In this document: one piece after another, positions 1 through 9,189 of the stretch | Layout: each line of letters begins with the position of its first letter | Position numbering within the stretch: the stretch's first letter is position 1 | From: an uncultured Verrucomicrobiales bacterium | GTDB lineage: Bacteria > Verrucomicrobiota > Verrucomicrobiia > Verrucomicrobiales > Akkermansiaceae | NCBI GenBank assembly: GCA_937928735.1 | Contig: CALFVF010000008.1 | Location: forward strand, 1,971 to 65,970 | DNA length: 64,000 nt | Reading direction: 5' to 3' | The notes under the pieces: model-generated | What the model saw: the letters and a program-made list of their open reading frames with translations, nothing else | The model's database searches: none | What the model was told of the DNA's origin: nothing | Made by a program: the position numbers and the translations under genes

Positions 1-407
1 CTGACCGGTTTGCCTTCGATGACTTTTGCCTCAGTGACGACGCCGTCGCGCAGTGCTTTGAGGGGAATGACTGGAGGAGGATTTCCGGGCTGACGGCTTT
101 CGACTTCGATCAAGGTTTCCCCTCGCTCGACTCGATCTCCAATACGTGTGTTTACCTTTAGAGCTCGCCCCGGGATTCGTGAAGAAATAGCATAGCCATG
201 TCCGGGAACATCTTCGACACGGCCAATTGCAAAGACGGATTCATTGAAGACCCGCTCTTCGACCTCGATGGTTTCGAGGCGAAGGTTTTTCACACCTGTC
301 TCATTGAGAATGATGGTGTTCGCGATACGCTCGGGATCAATGGCTTCCTCAGCGTGAAGCGGAGTGAGGCAGAGAAGTGAGAGGAGGAAAAATGATGATG
401 ATTTCAT
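1..407 (-). CDS. RND efflux periplasmic adaptor (CzcB/CusB-like), N-terminal part, runs off window
   Basis: Own translation from ATG at 407: MKSSSFFLLSLLCLTPLHAEE..ISSRIPGRALKVNTRIGDRVERGETLIEVES..LKALRDGVV. Signal peptide plus lipoyl-like half motifs; directly downstream of a TolC-family gene. Absent from the ORF track because it has no stop in the window. Confidence 0.78.
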   Translation of the reverse strand, partial: MKSSSFFLLSLLCLTPLHAEEAIDPERIANTIILNETGVKNLRLETIEVEERVFNESVFAIGRVEDVPGHGYAISSRIPGRALKVNTRIGDRVERGETLIEVESRQPGNPPPVIPLKALRDGVVTEAKVIEGKPV

Positions 408-436
408 CGGATTTTTTTAAAGTGTGTGAGTGAGAT

Positions 437-1738
437 TTAGCCATTGGTCGCAGTGAGATAGCGCGAGCGGGCTTTGTGGAAATTCTGGCGGGCTTCGAGA
501 ATGGTGAGTTTGAGCGAAAGCTCCTGCTCACGAGCACGAAGGACATCTTGCAGCGGCACTTGGCCGCTTTGGTAAGCAGTGCTGACTTGGGCAAGGTTCT
601 CCCGTGCTTTGGGAATGAGATTCTTATCAATCCGCTGTGCGAGCTTCTGCCATTGAGTCATTTCCGCATAGGCCGCACGGACTTCTGCTGTGATGTTTTT
701 TTGCAGGGCAAGCGTGGTGAGATCCAAACGTTCACGCTCAGCCGCAGCCTCGCGGATATTGCCAGGAGTCTTGGGATCGGTGCCGAGAGGCATGCTAAAC
801 CGAATACCTACGATGACCTCCAGTTCTCCACCCTCGGGCTCGTCCTCCTCGCGGCCGAGACCAGCGAAGACACCGAGATCGTAGTCAGGAATTCCCTCGG
901 CCTGAGTCAGTGAGATAGTTTCTCCAGCAGACTTGGCTCGAAGGCGAGCGGCGGCGAGATCAGGTCGATCTTTTGGAATGGTGACAAGCATGGGTGGCAG
1001 GCTTGTCGGAGGTAGAGTGCCCGCGACAGAGAGTTCGGTTTCCTGATTGAGCCCTAGAACGGGTTTCAGTTTGGCCGCTGCAAGGTCGATTTGAATCTGG
1101 ATTTGCTCAGTCTTCGTCTGGATTCGAGTCACCTCGATTTCAGCCGTCGGAGCCTCTAACAAGGACGCTTCACCACGTTCCGCCGCCTCGTTGATAAAGT
1201 TGGCGAGTTCTTGCGCGTTTTCCGACTGCTTTTGTAGTAGGGCTTGCTCTTCTCTGAGAGCAAGGATTTCAATCAACTGTTCGCGAGCTTCGTCGACAAG
1301 GAGTCGCTCGGTATCGGCGACTTCGGCACGAGCGGCTTCTACGAGTATTGAGGAGACTCGTTTCTCAAGAAGTAGTCGGTTTGTTCTGGGAAAGCTTCGA
1401 GAGATACCTGCCGTCAGGAAGGGCTCGCGCAGATTCGCAGTGGTTTCAAACTCCACTTCAACGGTGGGGTTTGCTCTCAAGCCAGCCTTCTGCAAACGCC
1501 CTTGAGCGGCATCGATTAGCTTTCGAGCGGCAGTAAGGTTAGGGTTATTCCGCTGCACGAAGCTTCGGAGATTCGACAAAGTGAGAGCTACGTTTCCATT
1601 GTCAATGTAGCCGATGCTTTCGACAGCGATCTTCTTCGCTGAAGGTTTAACGGGAACAATTGGAAACTGGTTTGTTTGGGAGGAGCAGCATGGTGCTCCT
1701 AGTAGTAAGATAGGTAGAAAATAAAATAAGGCTTTCAT
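437..1738 (-). CDS. TolC-family outer membrane efflux factor (CzcC-like)
   Basis: Two OEP-type repeats (NPNLTAAR..NPTV; RPDLAAAR..IPDYDL) and helical coiled segments; likely start MKALFYF at 1738. Confidence 0.85.
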   Translation of the reverse strand: MKALFYFLPILLLGAPCCSSQTNQFPIVPVKPSAKKIAVESIGYIDNGNVALTLSNLRSFVQRNNPNLTAARKLIDAAQGRLQKAGLRANPTVEVEFETTANLREPFLTAGISRSFPRTNRLLLEKRVSSILVEAARAEVADTERLLVDEAREQLIEILALREEQALLQKQSENAQELANFINEAAERGEASLLEAPTAEIEVTRIQTKTEQIQIQIDLAAAKLKPVLGLNQETELSVAGTLPPTSLPPMLVTIPKDRPDLAAARLRAKSAGETISLTQAEGIPDYDLGVFAGLGREEDEPEGGELEVIVGIRFSMPLGTDPKTPGNIREAAAERERLDLTTLALQKNITAEVRAAYAEMTQWQKLAQRIDKNLIPKARENLAQVSTAYQSGQVPLQDVLRAREQELSLKLTILEARQNFHKARSRYLTATNG

Positions 1739-1844
1739 GCCAGTAGCTGTTGAATGTGAGTGCAACCGCCTCACACCAATCACATCGGTGGGGCGAGTTC
1801 ATTGATTCATGTCGACACACAAGTGGTGCCGCGCAGCTACGAGT

Positions 1845-2237
1845 TCAAAGCCTCACTACGCCAAAACGAAGATACACCGGAAGATCTGGCGGCGGTCTGG
1901 CAAAATCGGAAGGAACAATCGGATTCCGGGGGCGAAAAAGATTCTCTGGAGAGAAAGCGGCAAACGATCCGAAGATACCTTCGTCCGATGACGAATGATC
2001 GCTTTCCGGTGTGGCACGGACAAAGTCATCAACCTCTAAGTCGATCTCCAAATGCTGGTCTTCGCACGGCTCCTGTCCATCGGAGCAATCTGAAGGAGCC
2101 TCTTCTTCATGGGAGTGTGAACACTCCGAATGACCTTCAACCTCATGCTGTCCAACAAAAATCTCCGTCGTGCCTTCGCAAAATCCTACCGCCGACACCT
2201 GAGTGAGTGTCACGGATAGCATGGCCAGAAGCGCCAC
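1845..2237 (-). CDS. Small exported His/Cys/acidic-rich protein upstream of czcCB (CzcI/DUF2946-like leader) ending in ARPPP
   Basis: Hydrophobic N-terminus, HSECSHSHEEE and C..C..H clusters, C-terminal RPPP. Position matches czcI-type genes. True start uncertain: the frame is open further upstream without an ATG. Confidence 0.6.
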   Translation of the reverse strand: MALLAMLSVTLTQVSAVGFCEGTTEIFVGQHEVEGHSECSHSHEEEAPSDCSDGQEPCEDQHLEIDLEVDDFVRATPESDHSSSDEGIFGSFAAFSPENLFRPRNPIVPSDFARPPPDLPVYLRFGVVRL

Positions 2238-2605
2238 CAGAGATGAAAGTCGTTTTCCGATAGCAGAATGTCTCTCTTTTAGAGAAATACGTCAAATGAT
2301 TAGTTCACTGAAAAGTCAGTTCTGCCTTTAAGTTTCACAGCAAGAAAAGGGATAAAAATCGGCATGGATGATAAAGCATCAAATATGAGAAACTGAGACT
2401 TTGGAGTTACAGCACCAAGCTCTCTCAAACTGCGTCCCATTGAGCGTCTATCAAGAAGCTCAGAGAGCGCAGACCGATAGAAAAGCCATAGAAAACACCT
2501 ACTATAGGTCACCTCCGATAACCTCATTTCTGAAAATATCTCCAGTTTCTCCATCTCTGTGCTGCCCTCAATTCTGATGAATTCATTCAAAAGAAACTTG
2601 TCTGC

Positions 2606-3070
2606 TTAGCTATTATATCGCTGATGCAGTGGGAACTGACCATCGGTTTCAATGTCATAGTCAAGTTTCGGCGTAGCAACTTGTGGACTAAAGGGAGGAA
2701 TACCGCCGCCTCTATGGTAAAGGTGCTTCTCCATTCCTGTAAAACGACCGCAGCATTCCAGTATCAGGTACGAATACTGTGAATCGACGAAATCAACTTT
2801 GACGTTGATCCATTCTGGCACTTTGCCTTTACGATAGAGAAAGGCCGCCGCTTCAGCCTCATTTTTGGCGGGAAGAGTTGTCCATTGTGGGACCTCTTCA
2901 CCCGGGAAAATCTCCTCATCGTCCTTTAGAGAATTACCGTCATAGGAGCAATTTGGAACGATGAGTAATCTGGCTTTGTCAGGTAGTTCGTCAGAAACGA
3001 ATCGCCTTGTTGTCTCAAGGGTGCTTCTGATTGCCTCTCGAAGATTCGTCTGGAAATCGCCTTGTGTCAT
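2606..3070 (-). CDS. Hypothetical protein
   Basis: 154-aa ORF with globular composition (VPEWINV, ECCGRF); no family recognised. Confidence 0.55.
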   Translation of the reverse strand: MTQGDFQTNLREAIRSTLETTRRFVSDELPDKARLLIVPNCSYDGNSLKDDEEIFPGEEVPQWTTLPAKNEAEAAAFLYRKGKVPEWINVKVDFVDSQYSYLILECCGRFTGMEKHLYHRGGGIPPFSPQVATPKLDYDIETDGQFPLHQRYNS

Positions 3071-3252
3071 CGATGGTTATTTTGAAGCTAATTCTTCTTT
3101 CGCTTAGTACCGTTTCTTTTCTTGTAGGTCTGAGGGTTGAACATGTTTCGTACTTTAGAAAAAATACCTTCTGTAGATCAATGAGGTAATTTTTGACTAT
3201 ATTGGAACCTAAACTGAATCTTGTTTAGAATACCATGAAGGTCTGTTTAATG

Positions 3253-3271
3253 TGTAACCATAATGTAACCA
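3253..3271. repeat. TGTAACCA direct repeat (11-bp period), candidate integrase arm-type sites
   Basis: TGTAACCA at 3253-3260 and 3264-3271, about 120 bp beyond the tRNA 3' end. Confidence 0.4.
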
Positions 3272-3358
3272 CTTTTTTGTAAGAAATGGCCGTAAATGGG
3301 ACGAAATGTGAATAATGGTAAAATTTCGTTTAGAAATAAATTATGCGGTAAAAAAGGA

Positions 3359-3390
3359 GGCTGAATCCTTATTTTATAAAGGATTCAGCC
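3359..3390 (-). terminator. Perfect 12-bp hairpin just 3' of tRNA-Sec
   Basis: GGCTGAATCCTT-8nt-AAGGATTCAGCC, followed on the minus strand by TCCTTTTTT. Confidence 0.6.
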
Positions 3391-3393
3391 ATT

Positions 3394-3488
3394 TGGCGGA
3401 GGGGGAAGGAATCGAACCAACCCGGGACCATTACAGCCCCACAACGGTTTTGAAGACCGCGGCGACCACCAGGCACACATCACCCTCC
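3394..3488 (-). tRNA. selC: tRNA-Sec (anticodon UCA), structurally irregular
   Basis: 95 nt; anticodon arm GCGGT-CTTCAAA-ACCGT; long variable arm GGGGCTGTAATGGTCCC; TTCGATT T-loop; GCCA end. T-stem, acceptor and D-stem contain mismatches. Confidence 0.8.
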
Positions 3489-3496
3489 GTGGGTGT

Positions 3497-3656
3497 TATA
3501 CCAACTCAAAAAACTATCTGGTAGAATTCGCTAGATCTTTGAGGAGATGCCATCGTTGTCATTCATCGGAGATGCTCGCATCACCGATGGGTTCCGCCTT
3601 GATCTCACACCAAATCTCTGCGCGATTTTACCAGTTAGTTTTCCTCATTAGTATTA
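3497..3656. mobile_element. ERIC-like miniature inverted-repeat element, copy 1
   Basis: ~160 bp with TATACCAA..TTAGTATTA ends and ~30-bp imperfect terminal inverted repeats; highly similar to 45190-45351 and 59947-60108. Confidence 0.8.
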
Positions 3657-3753
3657 AAAAGAGTTATATTTATGGGGAGTTATTCGTCAATGAAGTTTGT
3701 CAGTTTCTGCCTTCATGCTGAGACGAATAGCTACTGAGATGAATAGCCGAGCC

Positions 3754-4065
3754 CTACATATTGAGACCTGGGATATTCATCCCACCAGTGAGTTTACCCA
3801 TTTCACTTTCGGCGAGTTGCTTACCTTTGGTAATAGCTTCTTGGACTCCTTGGAGGACGAGAGTCTCTAAGAATTCGGCGTCTTCTGGGTCGATGATGGA
3901 TGGATCTATCTTAATGCTCTGGACTTCGCCCGCTCCTGTGGCGACGACGGTGACTTTACCTCCACCTACGGCTGTTTCGACAGTCTGGTTGGCGAGGTCT
4001 TCTTGAGCTTTCTGCATCCCAGCTTGCATTTGCTGAGCCTGCTTCATGAGTTTGTTAATATTCAT
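3754..4065 (-). CDS. ybaB: YbaB/EbfC nucleoid-associated protein
   Basis: MNINKLMKQAQQMQ..GGGKVTV..IDP..D.E.LE motif; directly downstream of dnaX. Confidence 0.95.
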   Translation of the reverse strand: MNINKLMKQAQQMQAGMQKAQEDLANQTVETAVGGGKVTVVATGAGEVQSIKIDPSIIDPEDAEFLETLVLQGVQEAITKGKQLAESEMGKLTGGMNIPGLNM

Positions 4066-4115
4066 CGTTGTAGTGATCTTTAAGAAATGGAGTGAGGGTA
4101 AGAAGCTGTCTTGAT

Positions 4116-5870
4116 CTAAGAGGTAAGTGTGCCTTTGAATATTTCAAGTGCCTTTTTAATGAGAGGGTCGTTGTGGAATCTTTCGTCGTTGGCTTGGTTG
4201 GCGTTTCCTTGATCTTGGTTGCCTTCTTGAGTAGGTGATTTTTGAGTGCTTTGGGCTTGAGGCGTGTTTGCACTAGTGGGTTGATTCGTAGAGAGTTCAC
4301 TGGGCGAGGGCTCGGCTGGTTGGTTGGACTCTTCTGGGGCTGAGGCGATGAGGCCCTCGAGTCGATTATTGAGCTCGTTGATGTTCTTTGCTCTGCCGAG
4401 GTCTTGAGATCCAGTTTGGCTGTCTGTTTGTTGGGGAACGTTTGCCGTTTGATTTTGAATTGGCTCCGTAGGAGGTTCTGCGATGGGAGCTAGAACTGAA
4501 TCTGCATTTGCTTCTGGAGCTATGTCTGGAGCTGTAGTTTGCTGTGGAGTTTCAGAGATCAGCTCTGATACGGGGAGTTTTTGAGGAGTCGCTGCTGGAG
4601 TTTCTTGAGCTGGGATAGCTTCTGGTAATTCTTCAGTAACTGGAGCGGTAGGAGTAGCTGATTGTTGGGATTGTGAAGACTGTGCTGTTGTGAGTGGCTT
4701 GGTCGGCTTGGTCGGCTCGGTTGGTTCAACTTGGACGGGGCCAGCCCCTGCTAGGGCTTTGATGACATCACTGATGCGGACATCTCCGAGTGATTGAATG
4801 GCCTTGATAATGCCAATTTCAAAATGGAGGCGTTTATTCGTCGCCCATTTCATTCGAGATTCTGTGGCGGCGAATATGTCTACGAGATGAAGTAAGCGCT
4901 CTGTGGGAAGGGCAGAAGCGGATGTGTAGAGAGGCGTCCAGAGTTCTTCGGGGATGCCATCATGGCTGGCTGCTGGGTCGACTTTGGCGATCAGTAGGGA
5001 GCGTAAGCATCCGATGGTGTCATCGAGTAGCTGGCCGAGTTCCTTTCCTGAGTCTGCTTGTTGGTGGAGCAGAGAAAGGGCGGTGGAGGTTTGTTTGGTG
5101 AGAATGTTCTGGGTTAGGCTGGCGACTGTCTCGCGCGATGTGAAGCCAAAGACATTGAGAACATTATGCTCAGATATATGGTTTCCACAGAAGGCGACGA
5201 GCTGGTCGAGCATGGACTGGGCGTCTCGCATGCCGCCTTCTGCTCCCTTAGCCACTGCCCATGCGGCAGAGGTGTCGAGTGTGACATTTTCTTCTTCGGC
5301 AATGTAGGTGAGGTGCTTGGCGATGATTTCTGTAGAAATCGGGCGCAGGTCAAATCTCTGACATCGCGAGATGATGGTGGGAAGAATCTTGTTTGGCTCT
5401 GTGGTGGCAAAGATGAATTTGACGTGAGCTGGAGGTTCTTCGAGTGTTTTTAGAAGGGCGTTAAAGGCGGCATTGGTGAGCATGTGTACCTCATCAATGT
5501 AGTAGATCTTAAAGCGGCCTGAACTCGGTGCGAAGTGGACGTTTTCACGGAGTTCGCGGACTTGTTCGACTCCATTATTGGAGGCTCCATCTATCTCTAG
5601 GACATCGAGTGCGCGTCCTTCTGCGATTTCTTGGCAGATGGGAGCCTCTGGGTCGAAGTCTATGGAGGGGCCTTCTGGGCAGTTGAGAGCCTTTGCGAGT
5701 ATGCGCGCTGTCGAAGTTTTTCCAGTGCCTCTGGGGCCGACAAACAGATAAGCGTGAGCGAGTCGTTCCTGCTCGATTGCGTTACGAAGTGTTTGGACAA
5801 CGTGGTCTTGGCCGAGGACATCGGCGAATGTTTTTGGACGATATTTTCTGGCGAATACCTGATAGCTCAC
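4116..5870 (-). CDS. dnaX: DNA polymerase III gamma/tau subunit
   Basis: ARKYRP, GPRGTGKT, EIDGASN, DEVHML, SRCQRF; low-complexity P/T/Q linker; GTG start at 5870. Confidence 0.97.
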   Translation of the reverse strand: MSYQVFARKYRPKTFADVLGQDHVVQTLRNAIEQERLAHAYLFVGPRGTGKTSTARILAKALNCPEGPSIDFDPEAPICQEIAEGRALDVLEIDGASNNGVEQVRELRENVHFAPSSGRFKIYYIDEVHMLTNAAFNALLKTLEEPPAHVKFIFATTEPNKILPTIISRCQRFDLRPISTEIIAKHLTYIAEEENVTLDTSAAWAVAKGAEGGMRDAQSMLDQLVAFCGNHISEHNVLNVFGFTSRETVASLTQNILTKQTSTALSLLHQQADSGKELGQLLDDTIGCLRSLLIAKVDPAASHDGIPEELWTPLYTSASALPTERLLHLVDIFAATESRMKWATNKRLHFEIGIIKAIQSLGDVRISDVIKALAGAGPVQVEPTEPTKPTKPLTTAQSSQSQQSATPTAPVTEELPEAIPAQETPAATPQKLPVSELISETPQQTTAPDIAPEANADSVLAPIAEPPTEPIQNQTANVPQQTDSQTGSQDLGRAKNINELNNRLEGLIASAPEESNQPAEPSPSELSTNQPTSANTPQAQSTQKSPTQEGNQDQGNANQANDERFHNDPLIKKALEIFKGTLTS

Positions 5871-6072
5871 AAGTGCGAGATTAGGCAGCAGGCTCAAAAG
5901 GGCAATAGAAGAATTTGCCTTTTGAAATTCTCTCTCAAGTCGGGGGCATCGTGGAGACCGAAGGCGAATTGGGGTGGAATAGTTTTCTTGGACGCTTTAT
6001 GTAAACGAGGCTGGCGTAATTATTATCTCTGTGAGTGGGTAGTTAGTCACTAGATTAAGAGCTTAACGGAAT

Positions 6073-7047
6073 ATGAGTTCTGGGAAGGGGCTGATCCAAA
6101 GAAGAGAGAGCGTAGTATCGTGTATGGAAAAGACACAATTGAGAATGAAACACACATATGGAAGGCTAAGGGCCTTAGTAAGAATCATTTTGTTAGGTGG
6201 TGCCTCAGGGCTTGCCTTGTCGACGGCTTTTGGAGAAGAAATCGGTGAGAGGGCGTATCAGACGCATTGTATGGCGTGCCACTTGGTCGATGTTCGCGCT
6301 GTTGGCCCCTCTCTGGTCTATATAGCGCAAACATACCCTGAGAGCTCGCTGGATGAGTTTAAGAAATGGGTGAAGAATCCCGGTAAGAAAGATCCAAGAA
6401 TGATCCAGATGCCAGCTATGGGGCATGTGAGTGATGCTGATTTAAAAGACATTCACAGCTTCGTTCTCAACAGTACTCGAGGGAAAACTGAAAAAGGAGG
6501 GAGTAAGCGCTTCCCTGATTTTGTCGAGCCAAAGCGGCCTTTACCTTATGTGGTGAGAGGTTTTTTCCCCGATGCGAGCCCGGCTTCAGTTGCTATTGTG
6601 ATGAAGAATAAAGTCAGTGTTTGCTGGGATACAGAGATTTGTCGCATTCGCTATATTTGGTCGAATTCTCGCACGAATTTGAACAATTACTTTGGGCCGA
6701 ATAAGCTTCAGGTTGAACCTTATCATAAGGAACTGCGTGAGCCTCTCTTTCTCACACTCTCAGAAGAGAGCCCTGAATTCTTAGGCTACCGACTAGTTGA
6801 TCGTAGCCCCGAATTTCACTACAAGTTAGATGGTGGAGTGGAAGTCCGTGAACTCGTGAAGCAGGCAGAAAATGGAGAGATTCAGAGACACTTCACAGCA
6901 TCTGGAATCACTGAGGAAATTAAGATTAACCTATCTGTAGAAGGCAAGCTAGTCATGACATCAGACTCCGGAAGAGTACAGGATAACTGGCTTACTCTCA
7001 CGCCATCTGAGGCTTCTCAATTCACTCTTACTTTAAACGCAAAATGA
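6073..7047 (+). CDS. Exported c-type cytochrome domain protein with C-terminal beta-rich domain
   Basis: CMACH haem motif, distal MPAM, hydrophobic signal region; overlaps the next gene (ATGA). Start may be downstream of 6073. Confidence 0.75.
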   Translation: MSSGKGLIQRRESVVSCMEKTQLRMKHTYGRLRALVRIILLGGASGLALSTAFGEEIGERAYQTHCMACHLVDVRAVGPSLVYIAQTYPESSLDEFKKWVKNPGKKDPRMIQMPAMGHVSDADLKDIHSFVLNSTRGKTEKGGSKRFPDFVEPKRPLPYVVRGFFPDASPASVAIVMKNKVSVCWDTEICRIRYIWSNSRTNLNNYFGPNKLQVEPYHKELREPLFLTLSEESPEFLGYRLVDRSPEFHYKLDGGVEVRELVKQAENGEIQRHFTASGITEEIKINLSVEGKLVMTSDSGRVQDNWLTLTPSEASQFTLTLNAK

Positions 7048-9164
7048 TCACGAGACTCTCTATTGCTCTCCTCTGCCTCACTAGTCCTCTTGTCGCTGAA
7101 GATTGGCTAGATTACTACAAGGTAGAAACAGTACCCACGCCCAAAAATGTCAACCCCCAGCTAGGTGGGGTGACGACTCTTAGTGACGGCCGTATTGCCG
7201 CCTGTTTCTATAGCGGGGAGGTGATGATCTATGACTCGAAGGCCGAGAACTGGACTGCCTTTGCTCAGGGCTTACACTGCCCGCTGGGGGTGTTAGAGGA
7301 TGAAGATGGCTCCTTACTGGTTATGCAGTGGGCTGAGCTCACCAGACTGAAGGACACAGATGGCGATGGAATAGCAGATCACTATGAGACAGTTACCGAT
7401 GACTTTGGTCTGAGCGGCAATTACCATGAATTTGCCTATGGCCCTGTTAGGGACTCGAAAGGAAATCTCTACGTGTCACTGAATGTCGCCTCGAATCAGC
7501 TGGGTATTTTTAAAGATGTTAGAGGGCCTTTTTCTGAAATCGGGCTTGATCGCAGTGTGATGGAAAACGGCAAGCGCAATTCCGAGGAGTGGAAGAAACG
7601 CAAAGGAGAAGCTGGGCGGATGTACTCGCGAGTCCCATACCGTGGCTGTATTCTCCAAATCACTCCTGCTGGTGAGACAAAGCGCTTTGCCTACGGGCTG
7701 CGCTCTCCTGATGGCCTTGGAGTGGATGAACAAGATCGCTTGTGGGTGACAGATAACCAAGGAGACTGGAGAGGTACAAGTCCACTCTATCATGTTGAGG
7801 AAGGGGGCTTCTATGGGCACCCTGCTTCATTGATCTGGAAAGAAGGCTGGACGCGCGACCCACTCACAGTATCAGTGAAAGAGTTAGAGCAGATGCGGAC
7901 AAAGGCCGCTGGTCTCTTCCCACATGGCGAGCTGGCGAATTCACCGACTCAGCCAATTCCCACTATTGATCCTAAGCTCTTTGGATTGCCGAAGGGTGAG
8001 CTACTTATTGGAGAGATGAACCAGCCACTTCTTGTTCGCTTTCTAAAAGACGAAGTAGGTGGAGTGATGCAGGGCACAATGATTCCGTTTTTATTTAGTC
8101 TGGAGTTAGGCATGGGCAGTCACCGACTCGCCTACACGGATGATGGCGCACTCTGGATTGGGAAGACTCACTTGAAGTGGGCTGGTCAAGAAGGAATGCG
8201 TAAAGTCACATGGAATGGGACGCAGCCATTCCTAGTCGATGGTGTGAAATTACAAGAAAAGGGGTTTAGCGTGAACTTTAACCAAGAGTTAGGAGAAGCA
8301 GATCCAGTCTTTAGTGTGAAACGTCATACCTACGAGTACGGACCAAAATACGGGTCACCAAAGATCGATGAAGCGACTCTAGAAGTCCTCAAGACACAAG
8401 TAGCAGGTGATCGCCGCTCTGTAGAGCTAACGCTACCTGAGATCAAAGAAGGCTATTTGTACACCATTGAGATAGAAAACGGTGAGACAAAGCAAGGTCA
8501 AGCACTGATGGATAAGATCTTGCGCTACAATGTTGTCAAAGCCCTAGGTGGGGAAGGTGAGAAAAAAGCCTCTCAGCAAACCAGCGATGCAGTAGATCTG
8601 TTAGGTGATCCGCAGCTCTCTCTATGGCGTTCTAATAAGAAAAAATCAAATGAGCAGACGGGGCAGTGGAGCCTCTCTGATGGGGTGCTTTCTCGAGGCC
8701 ACGAAAAGGCTGGGAGTCTAAGCACCAAGAAGAAGTACAAGGACTTCGATCTGCAATTTGAGTTTAAAATCTCAGAGGAAGGTAATAGCGGGATTATCTA
8801 TCGTGCCAAGGGACGTGGCCTAGAGTACCAGCTTCTTGATGATGCGCGCCATGTTCGCGGAAAGGAAGCGAAGTGGTCTACTGCAGCCATCTATGACCTC
8901 TATGCTCCCGTGGAGGGTAAGGTCTACCACCCAGCGGGAAGCTGGAACTCTGGACGTATAGTTGCGAAGGGAAATCACGTTGAGCATTGGCTCAATGGGA
9001 AGAAGGTCCTTGAGGCAGAGATAGGCTCTGAGACGTGGAATACACGTTTTCTGAGGAGCAAGAACAAGGCGATCAAAGACTTTGGCACTCATTCTAGTCC
9101 TATTTTATTGCAGGATCACGGTGCTGACGTGCACTTTCGTAATGTTCTCATCAGTGAGCTCTAA
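7044..9164 (+). CDS. Exported sorbosone/glucose dehydrogenase-like beta-propeller protein with C-terminal DUF1080 domain
   Basis: Signal peptide; DTDGDGIAD, YHEFAYGP, GLRSPDG, DNQGDW propeller motifs; C-terminal FKISEEGNSGI..WN..GNHVEHWLNG..LQDHG..V.FRN. Confidence 0.75.
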   Translation: MITRLSIALLCLTSPLVAEDWLDYYKVETVPTPKNVNPQLGGVTTLSDGRIAACFYSGEVMIYDSKAENWTAFAQGLHCPLGVLEDEDGSLLVMQWAELTRLKDTDGDGIADHYETVTDDFGLSGNYHEFAYGPVRDSKGNLYVSLNVASNQLGIFKDVRGPFSEIGLDRSVMENGKRNSEEWKKRKGEAGRMYSRVPYRGCILQITPAGETKRFAYGLRSPDGLGVDEQDRLWVTDNQGDWRGTSPLYHVEEGGFYGHPASLIWKEGWTRDPLTVSVKELEQMRTKAAGLFPHGELANSPTQPIPTIDPKLFGLPKGELLIGEMNQPLLVRFLKDEVGGVMQGTMIPFLFSLELGMGSHRLAYTDDGALWIGKTHLKWAGQEGMRKVTWNGTQPFLVDGVKLQEKGFSVNFNQELGEADPVFSVKRHTYEYGPKYGSPKIDEATLEVLKTQVAGDRRSVELTLPEIKEGYLYTIEIENGETKQGQALMDKILRYNVVKALGGEGEKKASQQTSDAVDLLGDPQLSLWRSNKKKSNEQTGQWSLSDGVLSRGHEKAGSLSTKKKYKDFDLQFEFKISEEGNSGIIYRAKGRGLEYQLLDDARHVRGKEAKWSTAAIYDLYAPVEGKVYHPAGSWNSGRIVAKGNHVEHWLNGKKVLEAEIGSETWNTRFLRSKNKAIKDFGTHSSPILLQDHGADVHFRNVLISEL

Positions 9165-9189
9165 GTGCCAAAATGAGTATGAGAATCAC

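Noticed and set aside
2300-2590. 96-aa minus-strand ORF
   Set aside because: No motif and no convincing start; overlaps the probable promoter region of the czc leader.
4116-5870. Programmed -1 frameshift in dnaX
   Set aside because: No A-AAA-AAG slippery site seen on the coding strand.
5871-6072. SRP RNA (ffs), often found upstream of dnaX
   Set aside because: No GGAAGGAAGCAG-type domain IV motif on either strand; only a simple hairpin at ~5894-5925.
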